DNA from: an uncultured delta proteobacterium
Lineage (GTDB): Bacteria > Desulfobacterota > Binatia > JACPRU01
Length of the DNA: 64,000 nucleotides
Direction: 5' to 3'
Assembly (NCBI GenBank): GCA_963745025.1
Contig: CAVUWD010000016.1
Coordinates: 544,001-608,000, forward strand
The translations under genes were made by a program, and so were the position numbers. The notes below the pieces were generated by a model. That model was given only the letters and a program-made list of their open reading frames with translations. It did no database searches and was not told the DNA's origin. This document shows positions 30,003-41,058 of the stretch, one piece after another (within the stretch, counting starts at the first letter, position 1; each line of letters begins with the position of its first letter).

Positions 30003-31892
30003 CTACTCCTCGATCGTGCTCACGTCGCCCGGATCGAGGCCGAGCTCTTGTGCCTTCAGGACGCGGCGCATGATCTTTCCGGAGCGTGTCTTCGGCAGCT
30101 TCGCTGCGAACTCGAGCTCCGCGGGGGTCGCAATCGGACCGAGCACTCGTCGAACGTGCTCGACGAGCTCCGCGCGCAACGCATCGCTCGGCTGCGAGCC
30201 GCTGCGCAGCAGCACGAAGGCCTTGATGGCCTCCCCTTTGATCGGATCCGGCTTGCCGATCACCGCGGCCTCGCCGACGGCGGGATGGCTGATCAGCGCC
30301 GACTCGACGTCCGCCGTGCCGATGCGGTGACCCGCCACGTTCAGCACGTCGTCGGCGCGGCCGAGCACGGAGACGTATCCGTCTTCGTCGACCGTGGCCA
30401 CGTCGCCCGCCACGTACACGTCGGGGATCTGCAGGAAGTATTCTTCGTAGCGGTCGTGCGCGCCCCACACCGTGCGAAACATCTGCGGCGAGGCGCCGCG
30501 GATGCACAAGAGGCCACCCGTGTTCGGCGGCACCGGCTTGCCTTCGCGGCTCAGCACCTCGACCCGGTATCCCGGAAACGGCTTTCCGACTTTGCCCGCC
30601 TTGGCGGTCATCGCCGGCCAGGTGCCGAGCACCGGAGCAGCCGTTTCGGTCTGCCACCAGTTGTCGAGCACCGGGCCGCGGCCCCTCATGACGTGCTCGT
30701 GCGCCCACCGAAGCGCCTCCGGATTCAGCGGCTCGCCGGCGCAGGCCAGGAGCTTCAAACTGGAGAGATCGTACTTGGCCGGCCATTCGGCGCCGAGGCG
30801 CATGAACATGCGCAGCGCCGTCGGCGCGGTGAACATCTTGGTGACGCCGTAGCGCTCGACGATCTCCCAGACGATCCCGGGGTGCGGATGATCCGGTGCT
30901 CCCTCGCGGACGACGATCGTGGATCCGTTGCACCACGGTCCGTACACCATCACCGAGTGGCCGACGATCCAGCCGATGTCGGAAGTGCACCAGTAGACGT
31001 CATCATCGCGGACGTCGCAGAGGAGCTTCCAGAGATGGGTCGCCCCGACCATGTAGCCGCCGTGAACGTACGCGCAGCCCTTCGGCTTGCCGGTCGACCC
31101 CGAGGTATAGAGGATGAACAGCCAGTCCTCGCTGTCCATCGATTCGGGCGGGCACTTGGCCGACCCGCCCTCGAGCAGCTCGTCGAAGTCCATCTCCCGC
31201 GCGCCGAGCGCGATTTTCGGTGCGGCTCTGCGTTGGACGATCACACGCTCGACCGATGGGATGTCCGTGAGCGCCTCGTCCAGGATCGACTTCAAAGCGA
31301 CGGTCTTGCCACGGCGGTAGCCGACGTCGCTCGCGATCACGAGCTTGGCGCCGACGTCGACGATGCGATCACGGATCGCGCCGGAGCCGAGCCCGGCGTA
31401 GATCACGCTGTGCACGGCGCCGATCCGCGCGCAGGCGAGCATCGCGATGATGCCTTCGGGAGTGAGCGGCATGTAGATCGCAACCCGGTCGCCCTTGCGA
31501 ACGCCGATCCCACGCAGCGCCGAGCCGAGCTTCGACACCCGGCGGTGAAGCGCGCCGAAGGTGAGGATCCGCTCCTCGCCGTTCTCGCCGAGCCAGAGGA
31601 GCGCAACCTTGTTCTTTCGTTCGCCTGCGACGTGGCGGTCGAGACAGTTATGGGTGATGTTGCAGCGCGCGCCCGTAAACCACTTGGCATTCGGGTAGCT
31701 CCCGTCGAGCACCCTCTTCCACGGCGCGAACCATTCGAAATCTCGGGCCACGTTCGCCCAGTAGGCCTCGACGTCGGCAATGCTCGTTCGATAGTGGCCG
31801 TCGAAATCCCGCACCGACGTGTCGGCGAGGAACTCCGCCGACGGCTCGAACCGACGCTCTTCCCGTAGCAGCGCGTCGATGCGTTCGGTCAT
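30003..31892 (-). CDS. acs: Acetate--CoA ligase
   Basis: GGAGG RBS then MTERIDALL; LYTSGSTGKPKG, DNWWQTET, GRADDVLNVAGHRIGT and LPKTRSGKIMRR. Confidence 0.95.
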   Translation of the reverse strand: MTERIDALLREERRFEPSAEFLADTSVRDFDGHYRTSIADVEAYWANVARDFEWFAPWKRVLDGSYPNAKWFTGARCNITHNCLDRHVAGERKNKVALLWLGENGEERILTFGALHRRVSKLGSALRGIGVRKGDRVAIYMPLTPEGIIAMLACARIGAVHSVIYAGLGSGAIRDRIVDVGAKLVIASDVGYRRGKTVALKSILDEALTDIPSVERVIVQRRAAPKIALGAREMDFDELLEGGSAKCPPESMDSEDWLFILYTSGSTGKPKGCAYVHGGYMVGATHLWKLLCDVRDDDVYWCTSDIGWIVGHSVMVYGPWCNGSTIVVREGAPDHPHPGIVWEIVERYGVTKMFTAPTALRMFMRLGAEWPAKYDLSSLKLLACAGEPLNPEALRWAHEHVMRGRGPVLDNWWQTETAAPVLGTWPAMTAKAGKVGKPFPGYRVEVLSREGKPVPPNTGGLLCIRGASPQMFRTVWGAHDRYEEYFLQIPDVYVAGDVATVDEDGYVSVLGRADDVLNVAGHRIGTADVESALISHPAVGEAAVIGKPDPIKGEAIKAFVLLRSGSQPSDALRAELVEHVRRVLGPIATPAELEFAAKLPKTRSGKIMRRVLKAQELGLDPGDVSTIEE

Positions 31893-32063
31893 TGTCCTCC
31901 GTTCCCGCTTTCGGCCTGGCCGCCGATAAACGCTTAGCGCGCAAGGAGCGTGGATTCTAGTGTTTCGCGTGCTTCGTGGGCTCGGCTTGGTCAGAGCGCG
32001 AGCCACGGAACGCAAGGGTCCGAGCCGGATCGAATCGTTCGCGCCGCTCGAGCGGCCCGTCGT

Positions 32064-32603
32064 TCAGCGAATCGGCAGCGGAGAGCCCGCGGGCTTCCCT
32101 TCCCACTTTCCGCCGAACACATGGATCAAGCGCCCGAAGCCGATGAACGCCGCGGCGGCCCAGCCGATCTCCAGGATCTGCTCCTCGCTGAAGTGACGCT
32201 GGAGCTCGCCGAGCACGCCGTCGTCGATCGCCTGGTGATTCAACGCGAGAAGCTCCGCGAAGCGCACCGCCGCCTTTTCTGCATCCGTCAGCCGCTCCGA
32301 CGACTCGGCCTCGCGAATCGTACAGATCGTGTCCTCCTCCAGGCCTTGCTCCCGCGCCGCGGGAGTGCGGTAGTTCATTCAAACGCTGCAGCCGTTGAGC
32401 CCGGCGATCCGCAGGCGGACGATCTCCTTCAGCTTCATCGACACCGCCCCGTCCTTCATCACCTCGCCATAAAACCCCCCCCAGGCCCGCCACATTCCCG
32501 GATGATGCCCGAAGATCCGCGCCACGCTGGCCACGGGCGTTGTCGTCCATTCCCGCAGATCCTGCGGTAGCTCCGCGTCGGCGAGCTGCCTCAATCCTGT
32601 CAT
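32064..32603 (-). CDS. AhpD/carboxymuconolactone decarboxylase family protein, predicted selenoprotein (TGA 32379-32381 = Sec)
   Basis: Track ORFs 32379..32603 and 32064..32378 are in frame and abut: LKEIVRLRIAGLNGC-S-V-[TGA]-MNYR...LTDAEKAAVRFAE...HFSEEQILEI. Confidence 0.82.
32349..32365 (-). promoter_or_regulatory. Candidate bacterial SECIS hairpin
   Basis: mRNA +14..+30 after UGA: CUCCCGC-GGC-GCGGGAG, a 7-bp stem with a G-initial loop at +21. Confidence 0.6.
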
Positions 32604-32616
32604 GGCGCCTCCCCTG

Positions 32617-32770
32617 TCAGCCGAGAAACTTCGTCACCGCCTGATGGAACTCTACTGGCTTCTCGAGCGGAATCAAATGGCCGCACTCCGGGATGATCTC
32701 TAGCGTTGCTCCCGGAATCAGCCGCGGCCCTCGCCGCGCCCCTCGTGGCGCGGGACGAGGCCACTCGCTT
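32617..32770 (-). pseudogene. C-terminal relic of an alpha/beta hydrolase
   Basis: RLIPGATLEIIPECGHLIPLEKPVEFHQAVTKFLG* with no room for the rest of the gene after nth. Confidence 0.65.
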
Positions 32771-32805
32771 GCCCCGTGCTCGCGCGGCGGGAGAAGTCTT
32801 CGAGG

Positions 32806-33456
32806 TCAGCGAGAGCGCGTGACGCCGACGCGCCCGCACAGTCCCTCGAGCGGGCAGCTGCTGCACCACGGCGAGGTCGGCTGACAGAGGTTCTGGCCGA
32901 ACGCGACCAGCAGATCGTTGTAGGTTCGCCAGTGCTTGCGGGGAAGCCGCTCGCGGAGCCGCATCTCGGTTTCATGCGCGGACTTCGTCCGTACGTAACC
33001 CCAGCGGTTGCTGATGCGATGCACGTGCGTGTCGACGCAGATGCCGTACTTGCGAAACGCCAGCGTGACCACCAGGTTCGCCGTCTTGCGCCCGACTCCT
33101 TTGAGCTCGAGGAGCGCCTCGATGTCGCCCGGCACGCGTCCACCGTGCCGCTCCACGAGGGCCCGCGAAACCGCGAGAATCGTGCGTGCTTTGGTACGAT
33201 AGAAGCCTACGGGGTAGATCGCCCGCTCGATCCGGCGCGGCGACAAGCGAAGCATCGCGCGCGGGGTGCGTACGAGCCGAAAGAGCCGAGCAGAAGCGGC
33301 GGCGGTGGTCGCATCCTTGGTGCGAAGGCTGAGCAAACAGGAGATCAGCGTCTCGAAGGGATCGTGGCGATACTGACCGACGATCGGCACGCGCCACGGA
33401 CGTACCGCACGTTTGAGGATCGCGACCGCCTCGTCGATGTTCGTGGCGTCGACCAT
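32806..33456 (-). CDS. nth: Endonuclease III
   Basis: PFETLISCLLS, HhH LKGVGRKTAN, VDTHVHRI and C-x6-C-x2-C-x5-C Fe-S motif. Confidence 0.93.
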   Translation of the reverse strand: MVDATNIDEAVAILKRAVRPWRVPIVGQYRHDPFETLISCLLSLRTKDATTAAASARLFRLVRTPRAMLRLSPRRIERAIYPVGFYRTKARTILAVSRALVERHGGRVPGDIEALLELKGVGRKTANLVVTLAFRKYGICVDTHVHRISNRWGYVRTKSAHETEMRLRERLPRKHWRTYNDLLVAFGQNLCQPTSPWCSSCPLEGLCGRVGVTRSR

Positions 33457-33461
33457 GAGCC

Positions 33462-33529
33462 GCTACCAGCTACCGGCTTCCGGTAAGGAACCCGCGATGC
33501 CTTTGCGGTAGCGGGTAGTCGGAAGCCGG
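33462..33529. repeat. Heptamer palindromic element, family B copy 1
   Basis: Degenerate (GCTACCG)x3 - spacer - (CGGTAGC)x3. Confidence 0.8.
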
Positions 33530-33536
33530 CCGCCTC

Positions 33537-34283
33537 TCAGGTGTGCATCCCCCCGTTGGGGGAGAGAACCTGACCCGTCAGGAAGCTCGCCTCCTCCGAC
33601 ACGATGTATGCGCAACAGGCGGCGATGTCGTCGGGCACGCCGATGCGGCCGACCGGCGTCTGGCCCACGACCGCGGCGATGGTTTCGTCGCGTATCGAGG
33701 ACGCCTCCAGGATCGGCGTGTCGATCAGACCCGGAGCGATCGCGTTCACTGTGATGCCGGAAGAGCCGAGCTCGAGCGCCAGCGCCTTTGAGAACCCGAC
33801 GATCCCGGCCTTGGCGGCCGAATAGTGGACGAACCCCCCCGCGCCCTTGAGCCCCGCCACCGAGGAAATGCCTACCACTCGCCCCCAGTGTGCGTCGATC
33901 ATGTCCAAAATCACCGCGCGGGTGCAGTTGAAGGTGCCCTTGAGATGCACCGCGATCATCCTGTCCCACTGGGCCTCGGTCATCTGCACGAGCGGCGTGA
34001 TTTCCCCATGACCTGCGTTGTTGACGAGGATCGCGACCTTGCCGAGCTCGCGCCGCACACGGTCCGCGGCCGTTTCGGCGTCACCGAAACTCGCCACGTC
34101 GACTTCGACGGCGAGCACGCGCCGTCCGAGCTCGGCGATCTCGGCGGCGACCCTGCGTGCTGCGGAAATGTCGCGGTCCAAGATCGCCACGTTGCAGCCT
34201 TCCCGCGCGAGGCGAAGGCCAATCGCTCGGCCGATTCCCGACGCGCCACCGGTGACGATCGCATTTCTGCCCTTCAAGGCCAC
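33537..34283 (-). CDS. SDR family oxidoreductase (FabG-like)
   Basis: TGGASGIG, NNAG, YSAAK and VNAIAPGLIDT. Confidence 0.92.
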   Translation of the reverse strand: MALKGRNAIVTGGASGIGRAIGLRLAREGCNVAILDRDISAARRVAAEIAELGRRVLAVEVDVASFGDAETAADRVRRELGKVAILVNNAGHGEITPLVQMTEAQWDRMIAVHLKGTFNCTRAVILDMIDAHWGRVVGISSVAGLKGAGGFVHYSAAKAGIVGFSKALALELGSSGITVNAIAPGLIDTPILEASSIRDETIAAVVGQTPVGRIGVPDDIAACCAYIVSEEASFLTGQVLSPNGGMHT

Positions 34284-34335
34284 GAGCCCCCCTTTGGCGT
34301 GCTACGATGCCCCCTTAGCACACCCCGAAAGCGCC

Positions 34336-36021
34336 TCAGCCACCCCGCAGTTCTCGCCTGCGGAAGAGCCACAGGCCCAGAGCGAGGTACAGCGACCCGT
34401 ATCCGTAGAGGACCGCGGTCGGCCACAGGGCGGCCCTTAGGCTCTGACGGCGGATCATCAGGTCATTGTAAGCAGCCATCGCCCACGTCGTCGGGAACGC
34501 CAACGCGACCGAACGCATCCAGCGGGGCTCGAGATCGATCGGCCACCAGCATCCGCCGACCGCGGCCATCGTGACGATGACGATCGAGCCGAGGGGCAGC
34601 ACCGCTTCGCGGGTCGTGGCGGATGCGGCGACCACGAGCCCGAACGCCGTGCCCGCGAAGACGATCCCCGTGGTCGGCAGCAGGAGCGCCCACGGCTCCG
34701 GGCCGAGCGAGATGCCGAACGTCGCGCGGCCCACGGCGAAGAGCAGAACCATCTGGGTCACCCCGACGAGCACTCGCGAGAGAAGCTTCGCGACGAGGAC
34801 CGTCGAAAACGGTGCCGGCATCGAGCGCAGGCGCTCGAACGTGCCCCAGTCACGCTCGTCCAGCAACGCCAGCGACACACCGAGCAGCATGCCGAGAAGC
34901 AGAAAGGTCACGCTGAAGCCGGGCACGTTCTGATCGAACGTGTTGAGTCGTCGCGGCGCGCCGGTCGCGCTCGACTCCTCGATCTCGATCGTGCCGGGCA
35001 AGGCGACGGCCGGCACCTCGGGAAGCGGCGGCAACTCCACACGCGGCGTCTGCGGCACCGCCGGAAGATCGATCTCCGGGAACGGAGGCAGCTCGATCGG
35101 CGGCCCGGCCGGCCCCGCGAGTCGGTCGATCAGCGCCTCGGGCCCATCCGCGGCGAGTCTCCGAAGCTCGAGCGGTAGCTCGGGCGGGGCAGGCGGAGCC
35201 GGCATTCGGTCGGCGAGCGTGCCGGCCTGAACCCGGACCCGGTGGAGCCAGTCCTCGAAGGCGCGCTGCCGCTCGCTGAGAGCCGCGAGAAAGTCTCGTA
35301 CCGGCGCCAGCTCCGCCGAAACCCGTTCGGCGATCTCGCGCCTCCGCTCGGCGCTCGCCCGCGCCAGCCCGTCGCGAAGCTGGCGCTCCGCCCGTTCGCG
35401 GGCCGCCCGGCCCCGCTCCTCTGTCGCGGTTCGGAGCTGCTTGAGGGCAGCTCCGAACGCGTCGATTGCACGTTGCGCCTCTCTCGCCGCCCGAGCGAAT
35501 TCCTTGCGCGTTCGTTCCGCCGCGTCCCTGCCCTCTTCCAGGCGAGCAGCGGCGCGACGGCGAGCTTCTTCCTCGATCGCGTGACGGAGCTCCTGAACGA
35601 GGCCTCGCAGGTTGGCGATCTCGAGGTACTTAACGGGATCGGTGAGCAGCAGGAGAGTCGAGCCCCTGCCCTCTTCCTGTGCGCGGCTCGTCCCGGCGGG
35701 GATGACCAGCGCGGCGCCCGCCTCGCGTCGCTCGAGGAGCGCGAGCGCCTCGGCGCGGCTCGGCGTCAGTCGCAGCGTAATCGCGCTCTCGTGCTCGAGC
35801 CGCTCGCGGATCGCAGCCCCGATGGGCCCGCCGTCCTCGTCGACCAGCGGAAGCACGTATGCCGTAACGCCGCGTGGATCGGCGCCGTACAGGCTGGCGA
35901 GGGACACTCCGGCGACGCTGATGACGATCATCGGCGCCACGGTGAGGAACACGAGCCCGATCCGATCGCGCAGCAGCAGACGCAGATCCTTGGCCAGCGC
36001 CGCACCCAGCGCTCCGAGCAT
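34336..36021 (-). CDS. ABC-2 type exporter permease with a large coiled-coil/Pro-rich extracytoplasmic insert
   Basis: ATG 36021 overlaps the ATPase stop (TGATG); KDLRLLLRD, NVPGFSV, ERDWGTFERL and GGCWWP. Confidence 0.85.
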   Translation of the reverse strand: MLGALGAALAKDLRLLLRDRIGLVFLTVAPMIVISVAGVSLASLYGADPRGVTAYVLPLVDEDGGPIGAAIRERLEHESAITLRLTPSRAEALALLERREAGAALVIPAGTSRAQEEGRGSTLLLLTDPVKYLEIANLRGLVQELRHAIEEEARRRAAARLEEGRDAAERTRKEFARAAREAQRAIDAFGAALKQLRTATEERGRAARERAERQLRDGLARASAERRREIAERVSAELAPVRDFLAALSERQRAFEDWLHRVRVQAGTLADRMPAPPAPPELPLELRRLAADGPEALIDRLAGPAGPPIELPPFPEIDLPAVPQTPRVELPPLPEVPAVALPGTIEIEESSATGAPRRLNTFDQNVPGFSVTFLLLGMLLGVSLALLDERDWGTFERLRSMPAPFSTVLVAKLLSRVLVGVTQMVLLFAVGRATFGISLGPEPWALLLPTTGIVFAGTAFGLVVAASATTREAVLPLGSIVIVTMAAVGGCWWPIDLEPRWMRSVALAFPTTWAMAAYNDLMIRRQSLRAALWPTAVLYGYGSLYLALGLWLFRRRELRGG

Positions 36022-36974
36022 CAGCGCGACTCCGCTTCGGAGCGCTCGTCGCGAAGCGCACGGCCCGTCAGTGTGAAGAACACGTCGGCGAGGTTCGGGC
36101 GATGAAGCCGCATGTCGAGAATCTCGCCGCCTGCTTGGACCACCGCAAGCAGCACGGCCGGGACGTCCGCCAGACCGGCCACCTCGATCTCGAGGTCGCC
36201 TGCGCCGTGCCGCACGACCCGCGCGGCCTCGACCTTCGATAGCCACTGCGCGGGCAACGGCCGTGCGGTCGTCAAGCGGATCAACGGACGACTGTGGATC
36301 CCCGCCACCAGCTCCTCCACCGTCCCGGCGGCGACGATCCTCCCCTCGTCGAGCAGCACGACACGCGAGCACAGTCGCTCCACCTCTTCCATGTAGTGGG
36401 TGCTGTAAAGGATCGCGGCGCCCTCGCCCGCGAGGCCCGCGACGGCCTCGAAGATCCGCTCGCGCGACTGCGGATCGACGCCGACGGTGGGTTCGTCGAG
36501 TAGCAGCACGCGAGGCCGGTGGATCATGCCGCAGGCGAGATTGAGGCGCCGACGCATGCCGAGGGAGAAGCCCGCTACGGGCTCATCGGCGCGACCGTCG
36601 AGCGCCACGATCTCCAACACTCGGGCCGACGCCGAGCGCGAGGTCGCGGGATCGAGCTCCGCCATTCGGGCGAAGAACCGCAGGTTCTCCCTGGCCGTCA
36701 ACGGCGGATAGAGCGCTTCGCGCTGCGGGACGTAGCCGATCGTCCGACGCGCCGCACGGGCTTCCGCCGGTAGCCGGTGGCCGCCCACGCGGACCGTGCC
36801 GGCGTCCGCCGACAGGATCGTCGCGAGGATCGATAGCGTCGTCGATTTCCCCGCGCCGTTCGGACCCAGAAGAGCGACGATCTCACCGCGAGCGACCGAG
36901 AAGCTCACGCCGCCGAGCGCTTGGCGGGCGCCGTAACGCTTTTCGAGCGCGTCGACCTCGATCGCCGCATCCAC
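36021..36974 (-). CDS. ABC exporter ATP-binding protein
   Basis: [29 protein letters not shown] and THYMEE; start approximate. Confidence 0.9.
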   Translation of the reverse strand: MDAAIEVDALEKRYGARQALGGVSFSVARGEIVALLGPNGAGKSTTLSILATILSADAGTVRVGGHRLPAEARAARRTIGYVPQREALYPPLTARENLRFFARMAELDPATSRSASARVLEIVALDGRADEPVAGFSLGMRRRLNLACGMIHRPRVLLLDEPTVGVDPQSRERIFEAVAGLAGEGAAILYSTHYMEEVERLCSRVVLLDEGRIVAAGTVEELVAGIHSRPLIRLTTARPLPAQWLSKVEAARVVRHGAGDLEIEVAGLADVPAVLLAVVQAGGEILDMRLHRPNLADVFFTLTGRALRDERSEAESR

Positions 36975-37072
36975 GGCGGCGTATACTGACACACGGGGCG
37001 CAGCGATCCAGCCGTCTCGCCCCACTCATTGCACGCCGACGCGCGCGTAGCGTCGTCCGAAAGGAGCTGACC

Positions 37073-37693
37073 ATGCCGACAAGCCGCCTTCGTGAGATCC
37101 TGCCCGACGTCTTCACCTGGCCTTGGTTCTCGGAACGCCACGGATACGACTTCAACGGTTATCTCTTTCGTCACTCGTCGGGGAATCTCGCCGTCGATCC
37201 GGTGGAGATGCCAGACAGCGTACTCGGCGAGCTCGCGACGATCGGAGTCGCGACGATCCTCATCACCAACCGCAACCATACACGCGCGAGCCGCCGGCTC
37301 AGCGAGGCGACCGGCGCGCGGGTGGCGATCCACCCGGCGGACGCCGCTCACGCCATCGCGCAGGGCACGGCGATCGACGGCGCGCTACACGTCGGCGAAC
37401 GGATCGGGCCATTCACGGTCCTCTCCGTAGCGGGCAAGTCCCCCGGCGAGGTGGCGCTCCACTGGCCGGAGCGCAAGATACTCGTCGTCGGTGATGCCTG
37501 CGTCGGCAAACCGCCGGGCGAGTGTGCGCTTCTCCCCGAGAGCGTCATGGACGATGCCGCCGCGCTTCGAGGAAGCCTCGTACGTCTCGCGCGCACGACG
37601 GATTTCGACGTGCTGCTCTTGGGGGACGGGGCACCGATTCTTCGCGGCGGGCATGCCGCTCTCGAGCGCCTCGTGGCGAGCTTCGGCGACTGA
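37073..37693 (+). CDS. MBL-fold hydrolase-like protein with degenerate metal motifs
   Basis: AAGGAG RBS; LAVDP, ITNRNH, GKSPGE, VVGDA and LLLGDG. Confidence 0.75.
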   Translation: MPTSRLREILPDVFTWPWFSERHGYDFNGYLFRHSSGNLAVDPVEMPDSVLGELATIGVATILITNRNHTRASRRLSEATGARVAIHPADAAHAIAQGTAIDGALHVGERIGPFTVLSVAGKSPGEVALHWPERKILVVGDACVGKPPGECALLPESVMDDAAALRGSLVRLARTTDFDVLLLGDGAPILRGGHAALERLVASFGD

Positions 37694-37799
37694 GCGAGAG
37701 TTCAGGCGAGGTCGAGACGCGGGAAGGAGACGGCCCGACCCAATCGAATCGTGAAGAGACGAGCATGGCCGCGCTGCTGCGCTGAGTCGATGGACGATC

Positions 37800-37930
37800 G
37801 ATGAACGGAGCAACGCGAAGCTTCCACCGCAGCCACCACCCGCTGCCGCGTGGCGCGCAAGCCCTTCTCCGCCAGCTCGCGCGCCCTCAGGTGATCGGTC
37901 CTCGACTCTCGCACGGACGCTTGGGGTCAT
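37800..37930 (-). pseudogene. Possible N-terminal relic of a Fur-family regulator
   Basis: RELAEKGLRATRQRVV resembles Fur helix 1-2 (GLRxTxQR), then similarity is lost. Confidence 0.35.
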
Positions 37931-38015
37931 CTCACCATCCACCCACCCCACCGCGATGCATCCGACTTGATCCGCCGCGGGGTTCCCTCCACGATCGAGC
38001 CCGGGAGACGCCACG

Positions 38016-38594
38016 ATGGAGAAGCTGTGGAGCGATCTGTTCATTCTCAATCTGCCCGTGGCCGAGAAGATTCTTCGGCCGGTGCTGATTTACTTCTTTT
38101 TGGTGCTCGGCCTGCGGTTCGCCGGAAAGCGCGAGCTCGCGCAGTTGAATCCGTTCGACCTGGTGGTTCTGTTGACGCTCGCGAACACCGTGCAGAACGG
38201 CATCATCGGCGACGACAATTCGGTGACCGGCGCCGTCCTCGGAGCGGGCTCGCTGCTCGTCGTCAACTACGTCGTCGCTCGACTGCTCTTCGGACACCAG
38301 CGGTTGGAGGAGCGGATCGAAGGCGCTCCCGACGTGCTCGTCGACGGGGGCCGAATCCTCCACGATCGCTTGAGGAGCGAGCTCGTCACGCTCCCCGAGC
38401 TCGTGTCGGCGGCTCACAAGCAGGGCTTCGGCAGCCTCGAAGAAGTCGAGCGCGCCGTGCTCGAGCCGGGGGGGACGATCTCGTTCATCGGCAAGAAACC
38501 CGACGTCGCGACGTTGCAATTCCAGGAGGTAACGTCGCGCCTCGACCAGATCGCCCGGCAGGTGGCCGAGCTTGCCGGGCGGCCACCGGCTTGA
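38016..38594 (+). CDS. DUF421 / YetF family membrane protein
   Basis: LRFAGKRELAQLNPFDLVVLL, IEGAP..LV.GG and AVLEPGGTIS. Confidence 0.88.
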   Translation: MEKLWSDLFILNLPVAEKILRPVLIYFFLVLGLRFAGKRELAQLNPFDLVVLLTLANTVQNGIIGDDNSVTGAVLGAGSLLVVNYVVARLLFGHQRLEERIEGAPDVLVDGGRILHDRLRSELVTLPELVSAAHKQGFGSLEEVERAVLEPGGTISFIGKKPDVATLQFQEVTSRLDQIARQVAELAGRPPA

Positions 38595-38627
38595 ACCGCC
38601 GCCGCGCGGCAGCTACTCCTCTGCGCC

Positions 38628-39514
<887 letters not shown>

Positions 39515-39522
39515 TGGAGAAT

Positions 39523-39586
39523 CGGCTACCGGCTACCGACTACCGGCTACCGAAAGACTCCGCGGATCCTTCCGGTAGCCGGTAGC
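39523..39586. repeat. Heptamer palindromic element, family B copy 2
   Basis: GCTACCG GCTACCG ACTACCG GCTACCG AAAG...CTTC CGGTAGC CGGTAGC. Confidence 0.85.
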
Positions 39587-39607
39587 GAACCGGTACGGCC
39601 CGATCCC

Positions 39608-40810
39608 ATGTTCCTCGATCTCTTCTACGGACTGCGCGACGAGGGCGTCCCGGTCGCGATCCAGGAGTGGCAGGACGCTGCCTCGACGCCGCTCGAGCAG
39701 GGCCTGCACGGCTCGAGCCTGCTGCGCTTCTACCACCTCGGCGCGCGCCTGCCTGGTGAAGAGCGAGACCTACTTCGACGCCTACGACCGCGTGTTCGCG
39801 CGCGTCTTCCAGCGGCGTCGAGGGCGCGCTCGGCGACGAGGTCACGGCCGAGCTCCTCGAGTGGCTGCGCGATCCGAAGAACTTCCCGAGCTCTCGCCCG
39901 AGCAGCTCGCCGAGCTCGAGCGGCTCTCCTCGCGACGAGCTGATGCGCCGCTTCCTCGAGACGCTCGCAGAAGCAGACCGAGCGCCACGACGGCGGCGAC
40001 CGCTGGGTCGGCACCGGCGGCCAGTCGCCGTTCGGCCACGGCGGCCAGCATCCGACCGGGATCCGCGTCGGCGGGCCCGGCGAGAGCCGCTCGGCGATGA
40101 AGGTCGCCGAGGAGCGTCGCTTCCGCGACTACCGCACCGACGCGACCCTCGACGTGCGCCAGATGCAAGGTCGCGCTCCGCCGCCTGCGCCAGCTCACGC
40201 GCATCGGCGAGGCGACCGAGCTCGACCTCGACGAGACGATCGACGAGACCTGCCGCAACGCCGGCGAGATCGAGCTCGTCTTCCGCGCCGCCGCGGCGCA
40301 ACGACGTGCGCCTGCTGCTGCTGATGGACGTCGGCGGCACGATGGACCCGTACTTACGAGCCGGTGAGCCAGCTGCTCACCGCGCTGCACGAGGAGCGCG
40401 GCCTGCGCGACTTCCAGCCCTACTACTTCCACAACTGCATCTACGATCACGTCTACACGAGCGCCCGCATGGCTCGCGCCGACGCGGTGCCGACCGGCGA
40501 CGTGCTGCGCCGCCTCGACAGCCGCTGGAAGGTGGTCATCGTCGGCGACGCGCGCGATGCACCCCGCCGAGCTGCTCGACGCCTACGGCAACATCGATCC
40601 GCGGCGTGACGACCGCAGACGCCGGGGATCGTCTGGCTGCAGCGCATCGCCGACCACTTCGAGCGCGCGGTCTGGATCAACCCGGAACCGGCGACTGCCT
40701 GGGATCGCTGGCAGACGACGCGCCTCGTGCGGCGCCTGTTTCCGATGTTTCCGCTCACCACGGACGGTGTCACCGACGCGATGCGCGCGCTGGTCGGATC
40801 GCGGGTCTAG
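39608..40810 (+). CDS. VWA-domain partner of MoxR (multiple frameshifts)
   Basis: [54 protein letters not shown] and WINPEP across frames. Confidence 0.85.
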
Positions 40811-41058
40811 AGTGGGTGGAATCGGAGAGCTGTCCGTTTCGACTGTCGGCGCTCGGCCAAGGCCCCGTTGTTGCGATCGCCGAAGACCGATAGCCGAGTG
40901 CCGTCTTCAATAGCGCGACCGCATTGCCCGTTCTTTGCGTCTTGTGGGCGACGACGATCGCTCGCGGACTTGCACGACAGATCTTCGATTCCATATGGCC
41001 AGACGGCTCGTAAACCGTTCGATCCCCTGGAACGTCTGAAGGGTTGGGAGTCGCTCGC

